Shown: piece after piece, positions 38,331 to 51,883 of the stretch
Layout: every line of letters begins with the position of its first letter
Position numbering within the stretch: the stretch's first letter is position 1
Source of the DNA: an uncultured Actinomycetota bacterium
GTDB lineage: Bacteria > Actinomycetota > Actinomycetes > JAHEKZ01
Length of the DNA: 64,000 nucleotides
Direction of reading: 5' to 3'
Assembly (NCBI GenBank): GCA_963829525.1
Contig: CAWHIJ010000003.1
Span: 1,792,001-1,856,000, forward strand
Program-made: the position numbers and the translations under genes
Notes under the pieces: generated by a model
What the model was told of the DNA's origin: nothing
Seen by the model: the letters and a program-made list of their open reading frames with translations, nothing else
Databases searched by the model: none

Positions 38331-39706
38331 GACCACACGAGATCGTCGAAGCCGCTTTGGCACAGTGCACCGTTGATGCTATGACGGTGATCTGCGAGGA
38401 GCACTCGCAGACCAACCTCCGGTGGGCGGCCAACACACTGACCACCAACGGGGTCATGCGCAGTGTCGATATCACTGTTGTCGCAGTGGCCGGAAGCGGG
38501 GCGGGGCGGGCGGCTGGTGTCGCCAACGCAAGCGTGGCTGACGCGTCTGACATCGCGGCGATCGTCGCTCGCGCTGAGGCAGTCGCAAAGGCCAGCGACC
38601 CCTCGCCTGATGCTGGCGACCTAGTCGCCGGGGCGACGTCGGACACCTTCGACACTCCTCCTGAAGAGACCTCCCCTGACGTCTTTTCCCAGTTTGCACC
38701 GGCACTCGGTGACTGGTTCGGGCGAGCGAGGGGCGCGGAATACGAGCTCTTCGGCTTTGCCGAGCACGAGGTGACGACCACCTATCTGGGCAACACGGCG
38801 GGTCTTCGCCACCGCCACGTCCAGCCGACCGGACGGTTGGAGATCACCGGGAAGTCCGACGGGCGCAAGCGGTCGACGTGGGTTGGCCGGTCGACGCGGG
38901 ACTTCCTTGACATCGACGTCCAGGATCTCGACGCCGAGGTACGCAAACAGCTGGGCTGGGCTGAACGTTCCATCGCCCTCGATCCCGGACGGTACGAGGT
39001 GCTGCTGCCACCGTCAGCAGTCGCCGATCTTATGGTCTATCTGTATTGGACGGCCACAGCTCGCGATGCCGCTGAAGGACGCACCGTGTTCTCTCGTCCC
39101 GGCGGTGGGACGCGGATCGGCGAACGGCTCACCGAGAGTCCCCTCTCGCTGTTCAGCGATCCCGCCTACCCCGGCATGCAGTGCGCTCCCTTTGTCGTGG
39201 CTCACGCGTCTGGCTCGACGGAGTCGGTCTTCGACAACGGCCTTCCGCTGCAGCGGACCGCCTGGATCGACAGCGGTGAGCTCACAGCGCTTGGCCAGAC
39301 CAGACACTCCGCGACGCTCACCTCTGGCGCACTCACCCCGATGATCGACAACCTCGCACTCGAAGTGGCGGATGCCCGGTCGTCGACTGCCGACCTCATT
39401 GCAGGCACTGAGCGGGGCCTGCTGCTCACGACTCTCTGGTACATCAGAGAGGTCGACCCGCAGACCCTTCTCCTCACTGGGCTGACGCGAGACGGTGTCT
39501 ACCTGGTCGAGGGAGGCGAGGTCGTCGGCGCCGTCAACAACTTCCGTTTCAACGAAAGTCCCGTCGATCTACTCTCGCGCGTAGTGGGGGCCTCCTCGAC
39601 CGAGGTCACCCTTCCGCGCGAGTGGAGCGACTTCTTCACGCGCGTCGCCATGCCGACGTTGCGAGTTGCTGACTTCAACATGTCCACCGTGAGTCAGGCC
39701 TCATAG
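38327..39706 (+). CDS. TldE/PmbA-like subunit
   Basis: NLRWAAN, TGLTRDG and NNFRFNESP; coupled to tldD. Confidence 0.88.
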   Translation: MRPHEIVEAALAQCTVDAMTVICEEHSQTNLRWAANTLTTNGVMRSVDITVVAVAGSGAGRAAGVANASVADASDIAAIVARAEAVAKASDPSPDAGDLVAGATSDTFDTPPEETSPDVFSQFAPALGDWFGRARGAEYELFGFAEHEVTTTYLGNTAGLRHRHVQPTGRLEITGKSDGRKRSTWVGRSTRDFLDIDVQDLDAEVRKQLGWAERSIALDPGRYEVLLPPSAVADLMVYLYWTATARDAAEGRTVFSRPGGGTRIGERLTESPLSLFSDPAYPGMQCAPFVVAHASGSTESVFDNGLPLQRTAWIDSGELTALGQTRHSATLTSGALTPMIDNLALEVADARSSTADLIAGTERGLLLTTLWYIREVDPQTLLLTGLTRDGVYLVEGGEVVGAVNNFRFNESPVDLLSRVVGASSTEVTLPREWSDFFTRVAMPTLRVADFNMSTVSQAS

Positions 39707-39737
39707 GGTCCAAACTCACGCTTCGGGCTTGAATGCG

Positions 39738-39950
39738 CTACGCGTCCTCGAGGCGAAAGCCGATTTTGATGCCCACCTGCCAGTGGCGCACCTCTCCCCC
39801 ATCGATCTGTCCTCGTACCTCGGTCACCTCAAACCAGTCGAGGTGTCGCAGGGTCTCGGAGGCTCGGGAGACGCCGTTGCGGACCGCGGCCTCCATGCTC
39901 TCGGTTGACGTTCCGACGATCTCGGTCAGTCGGTAGGTGCGATCGGCCAC
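39738..39950 (-). CDS. Dodecin (flavin-binding)
   Basis: EIVGTS...LDWFEV...WQVGIKIGFRLE. Confidence 0.93.
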   Translation of the reverse strand: MADRTYRLTEIVGTSTESMEAAVRNGVSRASETLRHLDWFEVTEVRGQIDGGEVRHWQVGIKIGFRLEDA

Positions 39951-40022
39951 GGGGTTCTCCTCGATGTGGGTGGGGCAAGCGTGACCGATCTTGCCACCTG
40001 CTGAATGGGCGAAGGTGACCAG

Positions 40023-40343
40023 TTAAGAAGCGCGCCGCTCGGATCCGCTCGGCAGCTCACGGTCGGCTCCGGGTCGAAGGGAATCGGGCGCGTCCTCGAT
40101 CGGCTCTCGCCCGCCGTTGGCGAAGACCACTGCGATGTACGGAATGATCAAAGCTCCCGCAACGAAGACCCAGCGCAGCCACCCCGTCGTTACGACCGCC
40201 AGAAGGAAGCAAATGATTCGGATCGTCATCGAGATGACGTAGCCGCGAACTCGCGTCGCCTGGTCGTCGGCCACGCTCTTGCGGGCGGTGGTGATCCGGA
40301 TAGCCGGCGCCTCCGCAGGTCGCCTCGCAATACTCCAACGCAT
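40023..40343 (-). CDS. DUF3099 family membrane protein
   Basis: ITTA...YVISM.IR..CF...PYIAVVFAN pattern. Confidence 0.85.
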   Translation of the reverse strand: MRWSIARRPAEAPAIRITTARKSVADDQATRVRGYVISMTIRIICFLLAVVTTGWLRWVFVAGALIIPYIAVVFANGGREPIEDAPDSLRPGADRELPSGSERRAS

Positions 40344-40420
40344 GTCAGCCTCCGCATTGACGGTACGCCCCCGAGCGTGGCCCGGCCATTCGATCTTTGA
40401 TGACGGCTGAGCGGCCCGCG

Positions 40421-41416
40421 TCAGCCTCCGATGGCCGACATCGGACGGGGTGGCTGCAGAAATGTTGGGTCGTCAATCCCGTGCCCAGCGCGCTTGGTAG
40501 CCAAGCACTCCTTCATGAAGGCCACTACCTCATCGTCGGAAGCTCCTGAGCGCAGCGGGCCTCGAAGGTCTGTCTCACCTTGGGAGAAAAGGCAGTTGCG
40601 CAGCTGGCCGTCGCTGGTGAGCCTGACTCGGTCGCAGGAGGAGCAGAACGGCCGGGTGACAGATCCGATGACGCCGACTGTGCCGCGCGGTGAGCCGTCA
40701 GCTGCCAGAACAGTCCAGGTCTCAGCCGGCTCACTGCCCCTGGGGGACTTGGTCGGTTCCAGCGAGTAGGCGGCGTCAAGCTGGGTGAGAATTTCCTTCG
40801 CTTCCACCATCTCGGTGCGTGACCAGGCCTTGTGCGCGTCCAGAGGCATCTGCTCGATGAAGCGGAGGGCGAGTCCGTTCTGCAGGGCCCACTCGACCAA
40901 CGAAAGAACCTCATCGTCATTGACCCCTCGCATGAGGACGGTGTTGATCTTCACCGGAGCAAGACCCGCTTCCTGGGCGGCGGCGATTCCAGAGAACACG
41001 TCAGCGATTCGATTCCGACGGGTGAGGGTGAGGAACCGTTCGGCCAAGAGCGTGTCCAGTGAGACGTTGATCCGGGTAAGACCAGCGTCTTTGAGTGGCT
41101 TGGCGCGCGTCGTGAGCCCGATCCCATTCGTCGTGAGCGAGAGCGAAGGCGGATCGGGAAGAGCGGCGACGCCGGCAATGATCTCTTCGAGGTCCGGCCG
41201 GACAAGTGGCTCCCCACCGGTGAACCGCACTTCTTGAACACCCTGGTCGACTGCCAGCCGAACGACTCTCACCAGTTCGGCTGCCGAAAGAAGCTCGTCA
41301 CCAGGAATCCAGTTGAGGCCCTCCGGTGGCATGCAATAGGTGCAACGGAGGTTGCATCTGTCGGTGACCGATACCCGCAGGTCAGTGGCCACGCGGCCGA
41401 ACGCATCTACCAACAT
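40421..41416 (-). CDS. moaA: GTP 3',8-cyclase
   Basis: CNLRCTYC, FCSSCDR.R...C and C-terminal MSAIGG. Confidence 0.96.
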   Translation of the reverse strand: MLVDAFGRVATDLRVSVTDRCNLRCTYCMPPEGLNWIPGDELLSAAELVRVVRLAVDQGVQEVRFTGGEPLVRPDLEEIIAGVAALPDPPSLSLTTNGIGLTTRAKPLKDAGLTRINVSLDTLLAERFLTLTRRNRIADVFSGIAAAQEAGLAPVKINTVLMRGVNDDEVLSLVEWALQNGLALRFIEQMPLDAHKAWSRTEMVEAKEILTQLDAAYSLEPTKSPRGSEPAETWTVLAADGSPRGTVGVIGSVTRPFCSSCDRVRLTSDGQLRNCLFSQGETDLRGPLRSGASDDEVVAFMKECLATKRAGHGIDDPTFLQPPRPMSAIGG

Positions 41417-41422
41417 GCCAAC

Positions 41423-41432
41423 AGGCTACCTT
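41423..41432. promoter_or_regulatory. Overlapping back-to-back -10 elements (bidirectional leaderless promoter)
   Basis: TAGCCT (minus, 41428-41423) and TACCTT (plus, 41427-41432), each 6 nt from a start codon. Confidence 0.6.
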
Positions 41433-41438
41433 CGATAC

Positions 41439-42236
41439 GTGCTCGCGCTCCTCCGGCAACCGCGTTGGGTTGGCCTCGCCGCTGTGACACTGGCGTTGTG
41501 TGTTCTCTTTTGGTGGCTCGGTACCTGGCAGTGGGGTCGCCACGTCGATCGGTCAGCGCGCAACGACGCCATCGAGGCAGCCGTCAACGACGAACCGGCA
41601 CCTCTCACGAGCGTTGTCCCAGAGCCAAACATCCTGAACGACGAGGCTGTTTATCGCCCAGTGACGGCCACCGGCACCTATTTGGCTGATGCCCAGCTTC
41701 TGCAGCGAAACCCCCTGGGCCGCTCTGGCTTCGATGTGGTCACGCCACTCTCCCTGTCGAGCGGAGGGACCCTTCTGGTCGACCGCGGCTGGATCTCCTC
41801 ATCTGCGACCGACACCAACACTGCGGCGGCCGATGTGACGCCTCCGACGGGCCAAGTGGACGTCACAGTCCGACTGCGAGGTCCGCAGGAGTCGTCGGGC
41901 CGCGAACCGCCACCTGGCCAGGTGTACGACATCATCCCCGCGCAACTTGCCGACGGGCTTCCAGCGCCCGTCTACACGGCCTACGGCGAGCTCCTCAAGC
42001 AAGATCCAGCACCTGACCCCGACCTCGAGCTCGCGGGCCCTATCGACACCGGGATCGGAATCCATCTGTTCTATGCGATCCAGTGGTGGCTCTTCATCGG
42101 AATCGCGATTGTCGGGTACTTCACCCTGGTGCGTCGAGAGAGCAAAGAGCTTCAGGAGGGCCGAACCCACGTCGGCACCGACACGCAGCCAGGAATTGCC
42201 GACCAGGACGGTGGTCAGACCGGTCCGCTCAACTAG
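41439..42236 (+). CDS. SURF1 family protein
   Basis: LGTWQW.R, GF.VVTPL, LVDRGW and H..YAIQWW motifs. Confidence 0.9.
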   Translation: MLALLRQPRWVGLAAVTLALCVLFWWLGTWQWGRHVDRSARNDAIEAAVNDEPAPLTSVVPEPNILNDEAVYRPVTATGTYLADAQLLQRNPLGRSGFDVVTPLSLSSGGTLLVDRGWISSSATDTNTAAADVTPPTGQVDVTVRLRGPQESSGREPPPGQVYDIIPAQLADGLPAPVYTAYGELLKQDPAPDPDLELAGPIDTGIGIHLFYAIQWWLFIGIAIVGYFTLVRRESKELQEGRTHVGTDTQPGIADQDGGQTGPLN

Positions 42237-42272
42237 GCTCGGGTTTCTACGACAGCACCGGAGGCAACACCG

Positions 42273-43031
42273 ATGGATCTCGGACTCACAGACCGGGTCT
42301 TCGTGGTCACAGGTGGCAGCCGTGGCCTAGGCCGTGCCACGGCGGAGGTGCTTGTTGGCGAGGGGGCCAAAGTCGTCCTGGCCGCCCGTGACGCGGACAC
42401 ACTGAACGAGACCGTTGCATCCCTCGGGCCAGACCGTGCCTTCGGGGTCCCCACCGACCTCACCGTTGCCGGTGCCGAGCAACGGCTCATTGCCGCTGCG
42501 GTCGCAAGGTATGGCCGGATCGATGGCGGGCTGCTTTCCTGCGGCGGTCCCCCGGCCGGGACCGTTCTGGAGACCACAGACGACGTCTGGCGGTCAGCAT
42601 TTGAGTCGGTCTTTCTAGGGCCGCTGCGCGCCGCTCGGGCACTCGCCTCCACGATGGATGATGGCGGCGCGCTCGCCTTCGTTCTCAGCAGCTCAGCGCG
42701 TGAACCGATTCCGGGGCTTTCGGTGTCCAACGGTCTCCGGCCAGGACTTTCCGGCATCGTGAAGGACTTGGCGGACGAGCTTGCACCCCAGGCCATTCGG
42801 GTCAACGGACTGATGCCCGGACGGATAAACACCGACCGAACGAGGGAATTGGACGCCAAAGCTGGCCGGGGCGACTCCGCTCGTCGACGGCAGGAGAGCC
42901 TGATCCCGCTCGCACGATACGGAGACCCGATCGAGTTCGGGACGGTGGCTGCGTTCGTCCTCTCGGCCGCCGCGTCCTATCTGACCGGCGCGCTGATTCC
43001 CATCGACGGCGGCGCCCGCCGCTCGCTGTAA
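42273..43031 (+). CDS. SDR family oxidoreductase
   Basis: TGGSRGLG, GGPP, SNGLR and DGG motifs. Confidence 0.9.
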   Translation: MDLGLTDRVFVVTGGSRGLGRATAEVLVGEGAKVVLAARDADTLNETVASLGPDRAFGVPTDLTVAGAEQRLIAAAVARYGRIDGGLLSCGGPPAGTVLETTDDVWRSAFESVFLGPLRAARALASTMDDGGALAFVLSSSAREPIPGLSVSNGLRPGLSGIVKDLADELAPQAIRVNGLMPGRINTDRTRELDAKAGRGDSARRRQESLIPLARYGDPIEFGTVAAFVLSAAASYLTGALIPIDGGARRSL

Positions 43032-43045
43032 GGCCCGTTGCTCTG

Positions 43046-44470
43046 TCAACGTTGTTCGCGGGGTGGTGGGTCGGGGTTGGTGGGGATTGGTCGGGGTTGG
43101 TGTATTGCCAGGGTTGGGTGAGGTATTTGCGTCCGGTGGGGGTGGTCCAGGTCATGATCCCGGTGGGGTGGAGTTCGGCGTTCCATCCGGGGGTGTGTTT
43201 GAGGCGGTGGTGCCGCCGGCACAAGACGGCAAGGTTGGTCGCTGCGGTGGGGCCTTGCGGCCAGGGCACGGTGTGGTCGAGGTCGGTGCCGGCGCTGTCG
43301 GCGGAGCGGCGGCAGCCGGGGAACCGGCAGGTCACATCCCGGGCGCGGACGGCCCGGTCCAGCCCTGCTGACGGCCGGTAGCGGTTCTCGGCGAGGTCGG
43401 TCAGGATCCCGGTGGTCGGGTCGGTCAGCAACCGCCGAGATGCTGACAGGGGTTCCCATCTCAGAGCCGGTGCCGGCCCCAGTGCCAGACCCGGTGCCAG
43501 ACCCAGTGCTGGTGTCAGTCCCGATCTGGGCCCCAAGCCCTGATCGCAGCAACTCTGCTACTTCGGTGGCGGTGACCGGTCCCAGTCCGGGAACCCAGCC
43601 GGGTTGGTCGCTGTCTCCGGTGATCGTGTCGGCGGGCACGATCACCTGCAGGTTCACCGCAGGTGGCTGGGTGCGTCCGAGGAGCAGGTCGACCATCGTG
43701 TCGGCGCGGCGTTGGTCCATGGTCCGGGCATCACCGGCGTCGCTGCCGCCCAGCTGCTGGGCGCAGCTGGTCAGCGCTATCTGGATCTGTCTGGCCTGCA
43801 CCGAGGGGAGCAGCGCCCACAGCTCGCTCATGCCGTCCTCACCGGGGGTGATGACCACCCGCCGGTCCCCCATGGCTTGTTGCCGGCGAACCTCAGCCGC
43901 CCCGGGGTCCGCGGCGATCACCTTCCGGCGCAGCCACTCCCGCAGCTGCGGCGCGGTCCGGGACCGACCGGGGACGGTGGCGTAGCCGACGGCATCGGCG
44001 GCTAGCGCCTCGACCTGTCCGGTGGTCACGGTGGCGGGATCGGAGCCGGGGTGCAGGTGGCTGAGCTGCTCGACGATCACCGCGACCTTGCGGGCATCGA
44101 CCCGGCCGGCCCGCCACGCCGCAGCGACCACCGGCAGGCCGGCGACCCGGCACGCAGTGTCATACCGGGCCACCGCGGCCATCTTCGTCCACCCCAGCAG
44201 CACCCCGATCTCATCGGGAACATACGTTTCGCGGCACTGCTGCGACCACATCGGGTCACCTCCGGCGACCACTTCGGCCCGGTCAGCGGCCCGCGCCCGG
44301 ACCCCCATCTGCACCATGATCTGCGCTTGGTGAGCGGCCAACATCTGCGCTGCCTGCTCACACGCCACCAGCTCGTCGCGAAGCGCATCATCACCGAGCC
44401 GCGCGACCGACATCGCAGCACCGAGCAGCCGATCAACCTGCTCGACGATGCTGACCGTGGAGGAGTTCAT
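43046..44470 (-). pseudogene. DUF222 (13E12-repeat) HNH endonuclease, frameshifted
   Basis: DUF222-like RTMDQRRAD in the main frame; HNH domain (RDVTCRFPGC..DLDH..NLAVLCRRHHRLKH) in a shifted frame from about 43437. Confidence 0.82.
43463..43510. repeat. 4 x 12-bp degenerate coding tandem repeat (GTGS linker)
   Basis: agagccggtgcc / ggccccagtgcc / agacccggtgcc / agacccagtgct. Confidence 0.75.
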
Positions 44471-44585
44471 GCACCACACTCTGCCAGCCACCACCGACAA
44501 GACGGCGCGAGTTTCCCCAGGCACAGCCTGCCGAAACTCGACCCACCTCACCTCACACTAAACGCCCAAATCCGGCACCCAAAGA

Positions 44586-44699
44586 TGCACTCGACGAGCA
44601 GCGACGTCAACCTGATGTGCACTCGACGAGCAGTGGCGTCAACCTGATGTGCACTCGAGAAGCAGCGACGTCAACCTGATGTGCACTCGACAAGCAGCG
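44586..44699. repeat. 32-bp tandem repeat, about 3.6 copies
   Basis: TGCACTCGACGAGCAGCGACGTCAACCTGATG units start at 44586, 44618, 44650 and 44682 (partial); no spacers. Confidence 0.95.
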
Positions 44700-44703
44700 G
44701 GGC

Positions 44704-46584
44704 CTAGAGCTGAGGCGCCAGCTGGGTGCGGTACAGATCTGCGTAGAGCCCAGCATGGTCCAGGAGAGTGTCGTGGTCACCACGTTCGACCACACGGCCA
44801 CCGTCGACCACAAGGATCTGATCTGCGGCACGCACTGTCGACAGCCGGTGGGCGATCACCAGAGACGTGCGCCCCTCCAGCGCAGTGTCCAGTGCCTCCT
44901 GAACGTAACGCTCGGACTCACTGTCCAGGTGAGCGGTCGCCTCATCCAAGATCACGACGGCCGGCGACTTCAGCAGCAAGCGGGCAATCGCGAGACGTTG
45001 CTTCTCTCCCCCGGAGAGTCGGTGCCCACGATCGCCTACGACGGTGGCAAGGCCCTCCGGGAACGAGCGAACGAGGTCTTCGATGCGCGCCGAACGCAGC
45101 GCCTCCCATATGTCGGCCTCGGTGGCCGCGGGAGCGGCATAGCGGAGGTTCGCCTCAATCGTGTCGTGGAAGAGATGCGCATCCTGCGTGACGACGCCGA
45201 CCGAACGCTGCAGCGAGCTCAACGTCATGTCTCGGACGTCAACTCCACCGACCATTACCTGTCCGTCAGTGACGTCGTACAACCTGCTCACCAAAGAAGT
45301 GAGCGTGGTCTTGCCCGCACCCGAGGGACCGACCAGCGCCACCATTTGGCCCGGGGCGACCTCAAAGCTGATGTCGTTCAGCACCGGTCCTGAAGGTGCG
45401 CCGCCGGTACGTGCCACTACCTCCAACGACGCAAGCGACACGTCCTCGGCGCGAGGATAAGAGAACGAGACGTGGTTGAAACGCACCGAAGCTGGACCGA
45501 TGGGAATTTCGACGGCATCCGGCTTGTCGGCGATCATTGGCTTGAGGTCGAGCACCTCGAAGACTCTCTCGAAGCTGACAAGCGCCGTCATGATGTCGAC
45601 GCGGACGTTCGACAGGGCCGTGAGCGGGCCGTAGAGGCGACCGAGGAGCGCCGCAAGAGCAACAAGAGTTCCCACCGTAAGGGCCCCATCAATGGCTAGG
45701 AGTCCCCCGACTCCGTACACAAGAGCTGTTGCCAAAGATGCGATCAGAGTGAGCGCTGTGAAGAAGGCTCGGTTGGCCATCGCGATCTGGATGCCGACGT
45801 CGGCCACCCTCCGAGCTCTACCGCTGAACTCGGTCGCCTCTTCGTCGGGGCGGCCAAAGAGCTTGACCAACAGTGCCCCTGAGACGTTGAACCGCTCAGT
45901 CATCGTCGAGCTCATCTCAGCATTGAGCTGCATCGCCTCACGGGACATCTCGGCGAGGCGCCGTCCCACGTAGCGCGCCGGTACCAAGAAGATCGGGAGC
46001 AGCACCAGCGCCGCCAGGGTGATCTGCCAGGAGAGGGCCAGCATGGCGATCGTGACGACCACCAGGCTGATTGCGTTGGAGACCACACTCGAGAGCGTTG
46101 TCGTGAACGCCTGCTGGGCCCCGATGACGTCACTGTTGAGACGGGAGATCAGGGCACCGGTCTGCGTTCGGACGAAGAACGCCAGGGGCATGCGCTGTAC
46201 ATGGTCAAAGACCTGGCTGCGAAGGTCGTATATCAGCCCCTCACCGATCCGGGCTGAGTACCACCTGAGGATGAGCGACAGCAGAGCATCAAAGACCGCG
46301 AGGCCAGCGACGATCAGGGCAAGCGTGACCACCACCTGCTTGTTGCCAGGGGTTACCCCGTCGTCGATCAAGCGCAGAAGGAGGAGCGGGCTGGCCACCA
46401 CCAGGAGGGCGTCAACGACGGTGAGGATGAGGAAGTAGGTGATCGGACCTCGGTAGGGTCGGGCGTATCCAGCGACTCGCCGCACCGTTCCTGGTGTCAG
46501 CTTCTGCTCAGCGACACTGCCGTCGCGCGCAAAGGAGCGCAGCGTCGACCAGCTGTGCATGCTCAAAGGTCCTCCGGCTGGCAT
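44704..46584 (-). CDS. ABC exporter, fused permease/ATPase
   Basis: TM domain + GPSGAGKT, LSGGEKQR and ILDEAT. Confidence 0.93.
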   Translation of the reverse strand: MPAGGPLSMHSWSTLRSFARDGSVAEQKLTPGTVRRVAGYARPYRGPITYFLILTVVDALLVVASPLLLLRLIDDGVTPGNKQVVVTLALIVAGLAVFDALLSLILRWYSARIGEGLIYDLRSQVFDHVQRMPLAFFVRTQTGALISRLNSDVIGAQQAFTTTLSSVVSNAISLVVVTIAMLALSWQITLAALVLLPIFLVPARYVGRRLAEMSREAMQLNAEMSSTMTERFNVSGALLVKLFGRPDEEATEFSGRARRVADVGIQIAMANRAFFTALTLIASLATALVYGVGGLLAIDGALTVGTLVALAALLGRLYGPLTALSNVRVDIMTALVSFERVFEVLDLKPMIADKPDAVEIPIGPASVRFNHVSFSYPRAEDVSLASLEVVARTGGAPSGPVLNDISFEVAPGQMVALVGPSGAGKTTLTSLVSRLYDVTDGQVMVGGVDVRDMTLSSLQRSVGVVTQDAHLFHDTIEANLRYAAPAATEADIWEALRSARIEDLVRSFPEGLATVVGDRGHRLSGGEKQRLAIARLLLKSPAVVILDEATAHLDSESERYVQEALDTALEGRTSLVIAHRLSTVRAADQILVVDGGRVVERGDHDTLLDHAGLYADLYRTQLAPQL

Positions 46585-46620
46585 GAGGCGAATAGGGAGA
46601 GGTCCTCACCCTAGGAGGCG

Positions 46621-46647
46621 CAACACCGCACCCGCCGAGACCCTTCC
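46621..46647 (-). promoter_or_regulatory. Possible SigR/SigH-type promoter for the ABC exporter
   Basis: Minus strand GGAAG-N18-GTTG versus consensus GGAAT-N18-GTT. Confidence 0.3.
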
Positions 46648-46680
46648 CTGCTACGCGTTCTGCGAACGCCGCATAGGGGA

Positions 46681-46887
46681 CTAGGACCTTCCGCGGGTAG
46701 GCCCACCGCGACCGCGGAGGGTCGCACCCGACTCAAGGAGGACGCGGTGTACGAACCCGTAGGACCTGCCGGTCTCGGCAGCGATGGACCGAATGCTGCG
46801 TCCGCTCTCATACTGCTGGCGAAGTTCGTCTGACAGGGTTCCCCGCTCATCACCGGTGATGCGCCGGCCCTTCATCAGCTGTGCCAC
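46681..46887 (-). CDS. Small HTH DNA-binding protein, Gbn/SCO1839-like nucleoid-associated protein
   Basis: SIRSIAAETGRSYGFVHRVL.ESG.TLRGRGG; GAGGAGG RBS. Confidence 0.85.
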   Translation of the reverse strand: MAQLMKGRRITGDERGTLSDELRQQYESGRSIRSIAAETGRSYGFVHRVLLESGATLRGRGGPTRGRS

Positions 46888-46979
46888 GTCCGCCTCCTCG
46901 TCTGGTGCCTGGTCACCTCCGATGATGCGGGATGTGCGGAGGTCCGGCCACTTGAAAGCGCACCGGCGAGGTGGCCAGG

Positions 46980-48578
<1,599 letters not shown>

Positions 48579-48639
48579 CGGTTCAGTATGACGAGGGCCA
48601 AGTCACCCCGACGAATCGGTTTCGCCGGTCGGACGAGCC

Positions 48640-48958
48640 TCAGACGTTGAAGCCGAGGGCCCGCAGCTGTTCACGACCGTCATCGGTGATCTTGTCGGGG
48701 CCCCAAGGCGGCATCCAGACCCAGTTGATTCTGACCGCGTCCACGAAAGGGCTCAGCGCGACTTGAGTCTGGTCCTCGATGACGTCGGTCAGCGGACATG
48801 CAGCCGAGGTCAGGGTCATGTCGATGATGGCAGTGTTTGCTTCATCGACAGTGATCCCATACACGAGGCCGAGGTCGACGACGTTGATCCCGAGCTCTGG
48901 GTCAACCACATCACGCATCGCCTCTGTCAGGTCGTCGCCAGTGGCGGTGACGGTTGCT

Positions 48959-48966
<8 letters not shown>
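48640..48966 (-). CDS. sufT: SufT/DUF59 Fe-S assembly factor
   Basis: VVDPELGINVVDLGLVY, TLTSAACP and PPW motifs. Confidence 0.9.
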
Positions 48967-51550
<2,584 letters not shown>

Positions 51551-51554
<4 letters not shown>

Positions 51555-51883
51555 GTCAGATCACTGCTCCTGGTGGCGACGAAGACGGTGCCGTCCTCGA
51601 TCTTGACGGGGTAGACGGGGACGGGCTCGGTGGCCGGCAGCGACAGTGGGCGTCCGGTTCGTAGGTCGAACTGCGAGCCGTGCAGCCAACACTCGAGGGC
51701 ACAGCCGTCGACCTCACCTTCAGCGAGTGAAACCTGTCCGTGAGAGCAGATGTCGTTGATGGCGAATACCTCGCCCTCGGTAAGGACCACCGCAATGGTG
51801 ATGCCGTCGACAACGGCCTTGCGTGGTTCGCCATCGGTGAGGTCTGCGAGTGGGCAGACGGCTGCAAAGTGATCGGTGCTCAT
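51551..51883 (-). CDS. Rieske-type ferredoxin
   Basis: CSH...CWLHGSQFDLRTG. Confidence 0.93.

Noticed and set aside
36813-39706. TldD/E as maturation protease for the 34-aa peptides
   Set aside because: 28 kb away and part of the core fabG-tldDE-dodecin-moaA synteny; no evidence of linkage
40421-41416. Radical SAM RiPP maturase
   Set aside because: Clear MoaA, with the C-terminal cluster motif and GG terminus
44586-44699. CRISPR array
   Set aside because: Units are contiguous with only point variation, there are no unique spacers, and no cas genes are in the window
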